DNA of 64,000 nt from Thermomicrobiales bacterium (GCA_049646645.1 JBARWF010000154.1:11653-75652); one strand, 5' to 3'. Shown: positions 37,598-48,264, counted from the first letter of the stretch. Program-made: numbers and translations. Notes: generated by a model from the letters alone, not told the origin.

Positions 37598-38897
37598 AGG
37601 CTTCCTGGAGGGCCGCCGTGAACTTGGCGGCGTCGGTCTTGCCGCCCAGCAGCTCCTGCAGCTGTCCGGTCAGGATATCGTAGAAATCGCCCGGTGCCGC
37701 CCAATCGAGGTAGTGGCCGATGCCATCGCTCGCCAGCGCTGCGTTCCAGTTGGTGTAGAGATCGCCCGTGAGCGTGCCATCCTTGATCTTGTCGGCCGGG
37801 ATCTCGCCCGCTGGCAATACGCCGGCATCGATGAACGCGTTGAACGCCTCCTCGGAGACGAGCGTATCGATGAACGCGGCGGCGAGGTCGGGGTCCGGCG
37901 CGTTGGTCGTGATGCTGTACGGGATACCGACACCGCCCACATTGAGCACCGGGTTTCCGCCTTCGTGCGGCGGCATCAGGAAGAAGCCGGCGTCGTCCTT
38001 CAGCCCGGCGGCGACATCGCCCGCCGCCCAGCTTCCCTGGAGGAGAATGGCGCCGGTGCCGGCGGCGAAGAGCGCCGTCGCATCGTCACCATTGACGCCC
38101 TCGAAGCCCTGCATGAAGAACTCGTTGTTCTTCCACTCGATCACCTTGTTCGCGGCATCGACCATCGATTGATCCTCGAACGAGGAATCGCCACGCCGGT
38201 AGATAAGGTCATCGAGATATTTGCGCGTAGTGTAGGTGCCCTGGATCTCGCCAAAGAGATGGATCGCCTGCCACTTGTCGAGATTGCCGAAGACGAGCGG
38301 TTCCTGACCTGCACTGCGGAGCGCCGCCATCAGCGTCTCGAACTCCTCGAAGGTGGTCGGAACCTTGAGGTCGTTATCGCTGAAGACCTTCTTGTTGTAG
38401 TAGAAACCGACGATCTCGGCCTCGGCCGAGACGCCCCAGAGATCGCCCTCGCCGAAGGTCTTGCCATCGGCGGTGTAGCGATTGCGGGCGATAAGCCCCT
38501 CCGGCAGCTTCTTGTCCCAACCGTACTTCTTGGTGTATTCGACGAGCGAGACAAGTTGCCCGGCCCGGATCATCGGCCCCGCCAGCGACTCGCCGTTGTT
38601 GACCTGCGCGACCGCCGGTCCCTGCTTGCTGTCGACCGCCCGGGGGAGAGTTTGGCCAAGCTCCTCGGTCTCCCAGCCACGATGCTCGACGGTCACGCCC
38701 TCATGGGCGGCCTCGAAGCTCTTGGCAAGGCCCTCGATCACGCCACTGCGGGAGGGATCGTTGAGGGTATCCCAGACGAGCAACTTGTTGGCATCCTGCG
38801 CCGCGAGAGCGCTCCCAGCGCCCATAGGCAATGCCGCACCGAGGGCAAGTCCCGTCGCCGCCAGTCCCGAACGTTTCAGAAGTTCACGCCTGTCCAT
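37578..38897 (-). CDS. Extracellular solute-binding protein, family 1 (sugar ABC), Tat signal
   Basis: ATG 38897 gives MDRRELLKRSGLAATGLALGA, a twin-arginine signal. The rest has the typical CUT1 SBP composition. Confidence 0.85.
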   Translation of the reverse strand: MDRRELLKRSGLAATGLALGAALPMGAGSALAAQDANKLLVWDTLNDPSRSGVIEGLAKSFEAAHEGVTVEHRGWETEELGQTLPRAVDSKQGPAVAQVNNGESLAGPMIRAGQLVSLVEYTKKYGWDKKLPEGLIARNRYTADGKTFGEGDLWGVSAEAEIVGFYYNKKVFSDNDLKVPTTFEEFETLMAALRSAGQEPLVFGNLDKWQAIHLFGEIQGTYTTRKYLDDLIYRRGDSSFEDQSMVDAANKVIEWKNNEFFMQGFEGVNGDDATALFAAGTGAILLQGSWAAGDVAAGLKDDAGFFLMPPHEGGNPVLNVGGVGIPYSITTNAPDPDLAAAFIDTLVSEEAFNAFIDAGVLPAGEIPADKIKDGTLTGDLYTNWNAALASDGIGHYLDWAAPGDFYDILTGQLQELLGGKTDAAKFTAALQEAYAASFK

Positions 38898-39081
38898 CCA
38901 TCCATCTCCTCGATTGTCATCACGCTGCCCGATAGTCCCGAACGAATCAGGACAGATCACCGGACTGTTGGGTCGTCACTTCCACCCATTGTAGACCAGC
39001 TTTTCCGCGGAATGATGTGGGCCCCGGGCCATGTCTCGCCGCGCTGACGCCATACGATGATGCGGGACATGTCGCAACATC

Positions 39082-39129
39082 CGTAGGGGAGGACCTTGTG
39101 TCCTCCCGATCGGGCGCAGCCCGATATCC
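39082..39129. repeat. Family A REP unit, variant stem
   Basis: cgtagg-GGAGGAC-cttgt-GTCCTCC-cgat-CGGGC-gca-GCCCG-atatcc. It has the same architecture as the other copies, with a compensatory stem-1 sequence. Confidence 0.7.
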
Positions 39130-39251
39130 AGAAAGAGAGTTGAACCCAGCCGAAGGTCCAGGCAGGCGATCCCGAATATGACCCGGTGGGACATCGGAAC
39201 GGCACTCGGCCGTCCACCACACGATGTGACCCGCCTACTTGCGAACCTGCG

Positions 39252-41444
39252 TCATCGGCCGGCGACCGACACCGCCAATGGGGTATCGGTTTCGACGTTC
39301 CCAGCTTCGAAGTCCGCCTGATCGACCTCGTCCTCGGCGCCCGGCTTCTCCTCCCTGAAGATCAGGTCCTCGTCCGTCAGCGCCTGCGCCATCAGGATCA
39401 GCTGCCGCCAGTGATGTGGCTCCGGTCGATCCGGCAACGGCAGCAACGCGGGATGACCGGCAAAGCGCATCAACCATCGGTTGAGAATGTTGTTCTCATC
39501 CACCATGTAGTGATCGAGCGGCTGCTCACCCGCGACAGCGTGCCGTTGCGCCGACCGGTGGAGTCGTGCCGCCAGGTCCGCGATCGTCCCGTCATTCCCC
39601 GCCACGATGCGATCCTCTTTACGTGCCATCGGGGCATCCGTCCCAAGCGGCCGCACGGAGACAACGGCATCCTCGAACACGGCCAGAGCAACCGGCTGCC
39701 CCTCCCGCAGCGACTCGCGCTTGAGCTGGAACCGTGCCCAGATCCGGCCGTGAAAGATCATCACCAGCTCCCGGAAAGCGACATCGGAAGACGGGAGCAC
39801 GAGCAGCAGGTTATGAACGCGCTCCGCCTCCCGCAATCGCTGCTGATGCTTCACAAGACCAAGCACCGAGCGCAGATCACGCCGCAGCCTGTCCGCGCGC
39901 TCGAAATCCAGGCTCTCCGCCGCCGATTCCAGCTCGCCCCAGAGCCGCGCGAGCAATGCCTCGTCCCGGCCATCGAGGAGTTGCACAACATCGTGCACGA
40001 TGCGGTGGTATTCATCACGGTCAGCACGACCGGTGCATGGGCCCAGGCACTTGCCCATGTCGAGCAGGATGCAGGGATGACCGTAGCTCCTCGCATTCTT
40101 GAATGTCCGCGTGCAGGTCCGCAGCGGCAGCGCCCCATTGATGACATCGACCGTGCGCCGGGCGCTGCTGGAGCTCCGGTACGGGCCGAAATAGGTCGCG
40201 CCGTCGTCCTTCCGCTGTTTGGAGATCGAGACGCGCGGCCAGGAGTTGGCGGTATCCACCCGGATGTAGGGATAGTGCTCGAACGATCGCATCGCCGTGT
40301 TGTAGCGCGGCTGGTAGCGCCGAATCAGTTGCGCTTCCAGAAGCAAGGCATCGATCTCGCTGCCGACGACGATCGTCTCGATCTTGACCATCGATTCGAG
40401 CAGGCCATCCATCTTCCGGGTGTAGCCGAGCGGCTGCGAATAGTAGGACGATACCCGCTCGCGAAGGCTCTTGGCCTTGCCGACGTAGATCACGTTCGCG
40501 AACTGATCGCGCATGATGTAGACGCCGGGCTTACGCGGAATCTCCTTTAACCAGGTCTTGTCCATCAGCGCCCGGCCACGCCCGACGTCATCTCGCGGGC
40601 GGCGCTCGGTCAGCCGGGAGGCGGATTTCAATTGATCGATGGAGGTGATCCCCTGCTGCACCGCCTCCGCCACGAGGCGCAGCGCGACCTCGGCGGTCAG
40701 GGCCGCATCGCCACCCGCCCGATGGATCTTGCGGGGCCGCAGCCCAACCTGCGCCGCGACCCGATCGAGACTCGGCTTGCGCAGATCCTTCAGCAGGCGC
40801 ATCGACATTCCCATCGTGTCGATCCGCTCATTGATGAGCAGGGGGCGATCAGCCCGCCCGAGCTCCGCATTGATGAAGGAGATATCGAAGGAAATGTTAT
40901 GTCCAACCAGCAGCCCGTCGCCGATGAATTCGAGCACGCGATCGGCGATCTCATGGAAGCGCGGCGCGTCTTCGACATGCGCGTTCGTGATACTGGTGAG
41001 GTTGGAGATGTAGGCGGGAATCGAGCGGTCCGGGTTGAGATAGGACTCGAATCGCTCGGTTTCCTTCCCGGCCTTGTACCGGATCAGGGCGATCTCGATC
41101 ACGCGTTGCTGGCGCGGCTTGAGTCCGGTCGTCTCGACATCGATGGCCACGAATTCGTCGAGCAGAAGCGCTGGCAGCTCATCGAGGCTGCCGCTTCCCC
41201 GCAACACCCAGTGCCCGTCCGCCCGGAATATCACACGGTCGTCGGCGTCCAGCACGGAACGCAGGAGTGGTCGCCACATATCGATCGACCCGGTGTTGCC
41301 GAAGACATGCCCGACCAGCAGATCCTCGCGGACCGATCCCCGGCGCTCGGCGATGTAGGCGACGGCGCGTTCGCAGAGCGCGCCATACCGTGGGGTGGGT
41401 TGATCGGCGGCGTCTTCCAACGGCGAGGAGACAGGATCGGGCAT
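39252..41444 (-). CDS. DEDDh 3'-5' exonuclease (DnaQ-like) fused to a UvrC-N/Cho-like GIY-YIG endonuclease
   Basis: 730-aa ORF. Exo motifs AIDVETTGL, LVGHNISFDISFI and HRAGGDA. GIY-YIG block PGVYIMRD...VIYVGKAKSLRERVSSY...RRYQPRYN. UvrC-like Cys cluster and UVR motif (FERADRLRRDLRSV). No UvrC C-terminal nuclease/HhH2 domain was seen. Confidence 0.8.
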   Translation of the reverse strand: MPDPVSSPLEDAADQPTPRYGALCERAVAYIAERRGSVREDLLVGHVFGNTGSIDMWRPLLRSVLDADDRVIFRADGHWVLRGSGSLDELPALLLDEFVAIDVETTGLKPRQQRVIEIALIRYKAGKETERFESYLNPDRSIPAYISNLTSITNAHVEDAPRFHEIADRVLEFIGDGLLVGHNISFDISFINAELGRADRPLLINERIDTMGMSMRLLKDLRKPSLDRVAAQVGLRPRKIHRAGGDAALTAEVALRLVAEAVQQGITSIDQLKSASRLTERRPRDDVGRGRALMDKTWLKEIPRKPGVYIMRDQFANVIYVGKAKSLRERVSSYYSQPLGYTRKMDGLLESMVKIETIVVGSEIDALLLEAQLIRRYQPRYNTAMRSFEHYPYIRVDTANSWPRVSISKQRKDDGATYFGPYRSSSSARRTVDVINGALPLRTCTRTFKNARSYGHPCILLDMGKCLGPCTGRADRDEYHRIVHDVVQLLDGRDEALLARLWGELESAAESLDFERADRLRRDLRSVLGLVKHQQRLREAERVHNLLLVLPSSDVAFRELVMIFHGRIWARFQLKRESLREGQPVALAVFEDAVVSVRPLGTDAPMARKEDRIVAGNDGTIADLAARLHRSAQRHAVAGEQPLDHYMVDENNILNRWLMRFAGHPALLPLPDRPEPHHWRQLILMAQALTDEDLIFREEKPGAEDEVDQADFEAGNVETDTPLAVSVAGR

Positions 41445-41477
41445 GATGCGTGCCTGACGGGTTCGTGACGATGGTAA

Positions 41478-43694
<2,217 letters not shown>

Positions 43695-43795
43695 TACGCT
43701 GCCGTCGTACGTGCTACGCTATGCGAGGTAATTCCCCGGTCTGGCTGAAGACCGGGCGGCATCCCGGTGATGAACCCGGATACAAGGAGAGACCG

Positions 43796-44011
43796 ATGAG
43801 CGGCTACACGCTGTCGTCACGAGAAGACGATCCGGTTCACACCGTCCGCACGATCGCGCGTATCGCCCAGATGCTCATCGAATTGCGGGATGAGTACGTC
43901 GAGCGGCCGCGCGAGGATACGCTGCAACAGATCGAGCAGCGCCTGAACGACATGCTGCACTTGCAGGACGAACTGCACCAGAAGATCGCCAACCAGCACG
44001 AGCACGAGTAG
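43796..44011 (+). CDS. Small helical hypothetical protein (71 aa)
   Basis: ATG preceded by AAGGAGA. GC3-rich codon usage matches neighbouring genes. The predicted coiled-coil-like sequence has no recognisable family. Confidence 0.5.
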   Translation: MSGYTLSSREDDPVHTVRTIARIAQMLIELRDEYVERPREDTLQQIEQRLNDMLHLQDELHQKIANQHEHE

Positions 44012-44042
44012 ACCGCTCGGCAAAACCGCCTCCCGAAGAATC

Positions 44043-44073
44043 CGTAGGGTGCGACTGTATGTCGCACCCTACG
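44043..44073. repeat. Family A minimal palindrome (possible bidirectional terminator)
   Basis: cgtagggtgcgac-tgtat-gtcgcaccctacg is a perfect 13-bp stem, lying between the convergent small ORF (stop 44011) and pyrE (stop 44093). Confidence 0.75.
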
Positions 44074-44092
44074 AACACAAACCGGCGGTGAA

Positions 44093-44674
44093 TCAGAGCA
44101 CCGTGGTTCCTGGCTTCACAAGCGGCTCACCCTTCGCGCACAGCGGGCACTCGTCCGCCGCCCACGACTCCACTACCTGCGCGCCCAGCGCACGCAGCGG
44201 GATATCCCCGAACTGCACCTTGCCCGCGCTGCGATCGACCAGGACCCCGATGCCAACGACCTCGACCGGATGCTTCGCCAGCGCGTCGAGTGTTTCCCGG
44301 ACAGAGCCACCAGTCGTCAGGATGTCGTCCACCACTAGCACCCGTGCGCCGGAAGGCAGCATGGTGCCCCGGCGCAGCTCGCGTCCCGTGCCGCTATCGG
44401 CCCGCTCCGCGTAGGCTGCCGCGATATTCATCTGCCGCGCCGTCTCGAACGCCAGCAGAATTCCGCCCGTCGTCGGCCCGACCACCACATCGATCCGCTC
44501 GTCCCGGAACCGCTCGACGAAGCCAGTGCAGACCTCGGAGGTCGCGACCGGCTGCCGCAGCAGATCGAACTTCTCGACGTAGACATCGCTGTGCCGACCG
44601 GACGAGAGCAGAAAATGCCCCGTCTTGAGGGCACCCGTTGCGCGCAGCAATTCGAACACGTCCTTCACCGGCAT
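44093..44674 (-). CDS. pyrE: Orotate phosphoribosyltransferase
   Basis: ATG 44674 with GGGAGA upstream. FLLSSGRHSDVYVEKF and the PRPP loop VLVVDDILTTGGS. Confidence 0.92.
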   Translation of the reverse strand: MPVKDVFELLRATGALKTGHFLLSSGRHSDVYVEKFDLLRQPVATSEVCTGFVERFRDERIDVVVGPTTGGILLAFETARQMNIAAAYAERADSGTGRELRRGTMLPSGARVLVVDDILTTGGSVRETLDALAKHPVEVVGIGVLVDRSAGKVQFGDIPLRALGAQVVESWAADECPLCAKGEPLVKPGTTVL

Positions 44675-44740
44675 GCGTGGTTGTCTCCCTGGTATGTGTT
44701 TCACGTACGTTCAAGCTTGATCGGCGAACGCCGTCGTTTT

Positions 44741-44996
44741 CGTAGGGTGCGACTGCATGTCGCACCGATCGGGCGAAGCCCGATATCCGGGTTCTCCGGC
44801 GACCACGTCTCGGTCACCGTCCGTAGGGAACGATGTTGATGACGCATTCCGTCATATGTTCGTAGGGGTCGACCTATGTGTCGACCCGATGGCCCGCAGG
44901 GCTATATCCCCGATCGGATAATCGAACCGTGGCACGTAGGACACCCCAGATATCGGGCTTCGCCCGATCGGGTCGACACATAGGTCGACCCCTACG
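44741..44996. repeat. Cluster of three family A REP/REPIN-like elements
   Basis: 44741-44790 is a single unit. 44822-44860 is a degenerate unit. 44861-44996 is a doublet bounded by perfect 30-bp terminal inverted repeats (cgtaggggtcgacctatgtgtcgacccgat / atcgggtcgacacataggtcgacccctacg). Confidence 0.8.
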
Positions 44997-45069
44997 GACG
45001 ATACGACGCGCATTGTCAAACGTTGTCACCAACGCCCGGCTGATTCTACCTGCTTTCTTCGCTGCCGGG

Positions 45070-46143
45070 TTATGGAACGTAGTAGAACGCGATTGCCACA
45101 ACAGCATAGAGCGCAATCAACTGCGCGCCCTCCAGCCAGTTGGAACGACCGTCGATCGAGACGAGCACGGCGACCAGCACCGCTCCGATCAACGCCATCA
45201 GCTCGAACGGATTGAAGACGAGCGACATCGGTTCCGGGCCGACGAACTGGCTCACGAGTACCAGCACCGGCGCCACGAAGAGCGCGATCTGCAACCCGGA
45301 GCCGACGGCGATCCCGATCGAGAGGTCCATCTTGTTCTTCATCGCCATCTGCACCGCGACGAGGTGCTCCGCGACGTTTCCGACCAGCGGCACGAGCATC
45401 ACGCCGACGAAGAGATCGGAGAGTCCCCACTGCTCGGCGGTCGGCTCCAGCGCCCCAACCAGGATCTCGCTCATGTAGACGACGAGCAGCGTCGAACCGA
45501 CCAGCAGACCAAGGGCGATGTAGAGCTTTCGGCGCTCCGGCTTCTCATCGGTTTCCGCCTCTTCGGGTCGCGATGGCAGCCCCTTGCCAGAGGGAGCAAA
45601 GATCGTATAGGTCAGATAGAGTGCGTAGAGAATAATGAGGATGACGGCCGCGCCGTCGCTGAGGTTGACCACATCGCCGTGGGAGAGTTTCGTCTCGCTC
45701 GAACCGAGGGCAAAGACCGCGGGGATCATCAGCACCACGATTGCCAGCGACATCATCGTGGCATTCGTCGACGCAATCCGCTCGTCGAACGTCTGCTCGC
45801 CATTCTTCAGTCCCCCAAGGAGGACGGCGGCACCGAGCACGATCAGCATGTTGCCGATGATCGATCCGGCAATACTCGCCTTGACGACCGAAAGCAGCCC
45901 CTCGCGCAGCGCGATGATCGTGATGATCAGCTCCGCCGCGTTGCCCAACGTCGCGTTGAGCAGCCCGCCCACCTTCTGGCCGGTAAACACTGCGACCTCC
46001 TCGGTCGCGTTCCCCAGCACGGCGGCGAGCGGCACCAGCGCGAGCGCCGAGAGCACGAACATCAGTGGATGATTGTCGACCCCGAATATCTCCATTCCCG
46101 CTGTAATCGGTACGAGCAGCAGCAGGATATAGAGATATTTCAT
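45070..46143 (-). CDS. Ca2+/H+ antiporter (CaCA/CAX, ChaA-like)
   Basis: 357-aa ORF with 10-11 TM segments and both alpha-repeat signatures (GNATEEV and GNVAEHL). The ATG overlaps the pyrD stop (ATGA). Confidence 0.88.
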   Translation of the reverse strand: MKYLYILLLLVPITAGMEIFGVDNHPLMFVLSALALVPLAAVLGNATEEVAVFTGQKVGGLLNATLGNAAELIITIIALREGLLSVVKASIAGSIIGNMLIVLGAAVLLGGLKNGEQTFDERIASTNATMMSLAIVVLMIPAVFALGSSETKLSHGDVVNLSDGAAVILIILYALYLTYTIFAPSGKGLPSRPEEAETDEKPERRKLYIALGLLVGSTLLVVYMSEILVGALEPTAEQWGLSDLFVGVMLVPLVGNVAEHLVAVQMAMKNKMDLSIGIAVGSGLQIALFVAPVLVLVSQFVGPEPMSLVFNPFELMALIGAVLVAVLVSIDGRSNWLEGAQLIALYAVVAIAFYYVP

Positions 46144-47150
46144 GCTTCCCCCATCTCCGCGAGTAATTCATCTGCGGCCGCCTGGCGCGGCTGGAAGTCG
46201 GGATGCGCGACGCCCACGATATCAGTCAGCCGCGCAATGCCCCGCTGTGAAAGCCAGTCGCTCAGATCGTCGATCAGGCGCACCAGCATGGTCGGGTCGT
46301 TGAAGATTGCCGTGCCGATCTCGACAGCGGACGCGCCGGCCATGAAAAACTCCAACGCATCATTCAGGCCAGAGATGCCGCCGATTCCGATCACCGGAAT
46401 CCGGACCGCCGCCGCGACCTGATAGACCATGCGTACGGCGACCGGCTTCACCGCCGGACCGGAAAGCCCGCCGGTCAGGTTCGCCAGCAGGGGTCGCTGG
46501 CGAACGGTATCGATTTTCATGCCGACGAGCGTGTTGATGAGCGAGACGGCATCGGCGCCCGCTTCCTCCACCGCCTGCGCGATGCTGATAATGTCGACAG
46601 CGCCCGGGCTGAGCTTGATGATGATTGGCAGCGTCGTCGCCTCGCGCACGGCGCGGGTGACGTCGGCCGACATCTGCGGATCCCAGCCGAAGCAGTAGCC
46701 ACCGGCGGCGACATTGGGGCAGGAGATGTTGATCTCAAGCGCGGCGATGCCGGGCTGCTCGTCGAGCTGCCGCGCCATCATCGCGAAATCCTCGACGCTC
46801 TCCGCCGAGACATTGACGATCGCGGGCACGTCCCACCGCTCCCAGATCGGTGGGTACTTCTTCATGAACGCCCGCAGACCGGGATTCTGGAGACCGATGG
46901 CGTTGAGCATGCCGGCCGGCGTCTCCGCCAGCCGTGGCATCGCGTTGCCCGAGCGCGCGTGAGGGGTGATCCCCTTGCTCACGAAGGCGCCCAGCCGCTC
47001 GACATCGACGAAGTTGCCGTACTCAAGCCCATAACCGAAGCAACCCGACGCCGGGATCACCGGATTGCGCAGCACCAGCTCGCGCGGATTCATCGGAGCG
47101 AGATCGACCGTGAGATCCGGGATGATTGGCGTCGCCATCGTCTCGCTCAT
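46140..47150 (-). CDS. pyrD: Dihydroorotate dehydrogenase, class 1B catalytic subunit
   Basis: ATG 47150 overlaps the pyrK stop (ATGA). NPVIPASGCFGYG, NISCPNV and GIGGI motifs are present. The 555-aa track ORF is a spurious 5' extension. Confidence 0.92.
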   Translation of the reverse strand: MSETMATPIIPDLTVDLAPMNPRELVLRNPVIPASGCFGYGLEYGNFVDVERLGAFVSKGITPHARSGNAMPRLAETPAGMLNAIGLQNPGLRAFMKKYPPIWERWDVPAIVNVSAESVEDFAMMARQLDEQPGIAALEINISCPNVAAGGYCFGWDPQMSADVTRAVREATTLPIIIKLSPGAVDIISIAQAVEEAGADAVSLINTLVGMKIDTVRQRPLLANLTGGLSGPAVKPVAVRMVYQVAAAVRIPVIGIGGISGLNDALEFFMAGASAVEIGTAIFNDPTMLVRLIDDLSDWLSQRGIARLTDIVGVAHPDFQPRQAAADELLAEMGEA

Positions 47151-47977
47151 GTCCACACCACCTGATCCATGTCGAAGACGGGGCCATCGACGCACGACGT
47201 CCGCATCCCGGATTTCGTCTCCACGACGCAGCCGAGGCATGCCCCGAGCGCACAGGCCATCGACCGTTCCACCGAAACCTGCACGCTCGGCGACGTCCCC
47301 ATGCGATGCTTCAGCACGGCACTTCGCAGCGAATGGAACATCGGCGTCGGACCGCAGGCGAAGAGCTGATCCGCCCATTGCAGGTATTCGGGCACGAGGT
47401 CGGTGACGAAGCCCTGATGCCCCTGACTGCCGTCGTCCGTGGCCACGACATACTCGATCTCGCCCCGAAAGGCAGCAGCCGGCAGGAGGGCATCCGCCGT
47501 CATGGCACCCATCAGATAGGTGACGCTCAATCCCTTGGCGACAGCCTCTTCGGCGAGCATCAGAAGCGGCGCCGCACCCACTCCACCAGCCACCATCAGC
47601 AGGTTGCGACTCCTGGGCGCGACCGTGAACGGATTGCCAAGCGGCCCCAGCACGTTGAGCGGCGTCCCGACCGGCCGCGAGCAGAGCCAGCCGCTGCCGC
47701 GACCGTATGGGCGAACGAGCACGGTCAGCTCGGACGCCTGCGCATCGGCCCGATAGATCGAGAGCGGCCGCCGCAGCAGGGGGTCTTGCGACCACTCGTC
47801 CCGGCACATGATATCCACGAAGTGACCAGGGCGGGCACTGGCAACCACCGCCTCGGGCGCCGAGAACGTGATCAGCGCAGAGTCGCCCATGATCGGCTCG
47901 GAGCCGGAGACAACGCCCGTGAAGATGCGGGTCGCGCCCTTGGGCGTCTTGTCGCTTGCAGCAGTCTTGGCGGTCAC
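47147..47977 (-). CDS. pyrK: Dihydroorotate dehydrogenase electron-transfer subunit
   Basis: RRPLSI FAD motif, GGVGAAPL NAD-type motif and C-terminal 2Fe-2S cysteines (CALGACLGC...C). GTG 47977 has GGAGGG 5 nt upstream; ATGs at 47998 and 48073 are possible but lack an SD. Confidence 0.88.
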   Translation of the reverse strand: MTAKTAASDKTPKGATRIFTGVVSGSEPIMGDSALITFSAPEAVVASARPGHFVDIMCRDEWSQDPLLRRPLSIYRADAQASELTVLVRPYGRGSGWLCSRPVGTPLNVLGPLGNPFTVAPRSRNLLMVAGGVGAAPLLMLAEEAVAKGLSVTYLMGAMTADALLPAAAFRGEIEYVVATDDGSQGHQGFVTDLVPEYLQWADQLFACGPTPMFHSLRSAVLKHRMGTSPSVQVSVERSMACALGACLGCVVETKSGMRTSCVDGPVFDMDQVVWT

Positions 47978-48066
47978 ATCCGCCCTCCGATCATTCATGA
48001 ACAACGAAGGCCAGCGCCCTGGTGCCATATCAGCCGCGGTGCGCCGGGCGGCAACGGCCCCTCTCT

Positions 48067-48221
48067 CCGTCATTTCGAGCCCCTACCGTCATTTCGAGCT
48101 TGTCGAGAAATCTCGTTTCGTGGACGTTGCGATGAACCGTGCTCGCCCCGCTCGCAGGTTAGGCAGCGGCGGCGCGGGGCTCGCCCCAAAGAGAGATTTC
48201 TCGACTTCGCTCGAAATGACG
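48067..48221. repeat. Family B MITE-like inverted-repeat element
   Basis: TIRs of about 28 bp (cgtcatttcgagcttgtcgagaaatctc / gagatttctcgacttcgctcgaaatgacg) around a GC-rich core. An extra direct copy of ccgtcatttcgagc lies at the left edge. Confidence 0.75.
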
Positions 48222-48264
48222 AAAGGGGAAGCTCATGCCCCCCCACATCGAGGCCAACATGGCG

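Noticed and set aside
44741-44996. Possible CRISPR array, given several similar palindromic units close together
   Set aside because: The units are in mixed orientation with irregular spacing and no unique spacers of constant length, and there are no cas genes in the window. The architecture fits REP/REPIN elements instead.
47151-47807. Long 5' extension of the pyrD ORF (555 aa)
   Set aside because: It overlaps pyrK in another frame, is Arg/Gly/Ala-rich and not DHODH-like. ATG 47150 gives a normal class 1B PyrD and an ATGA junction with pyrK.
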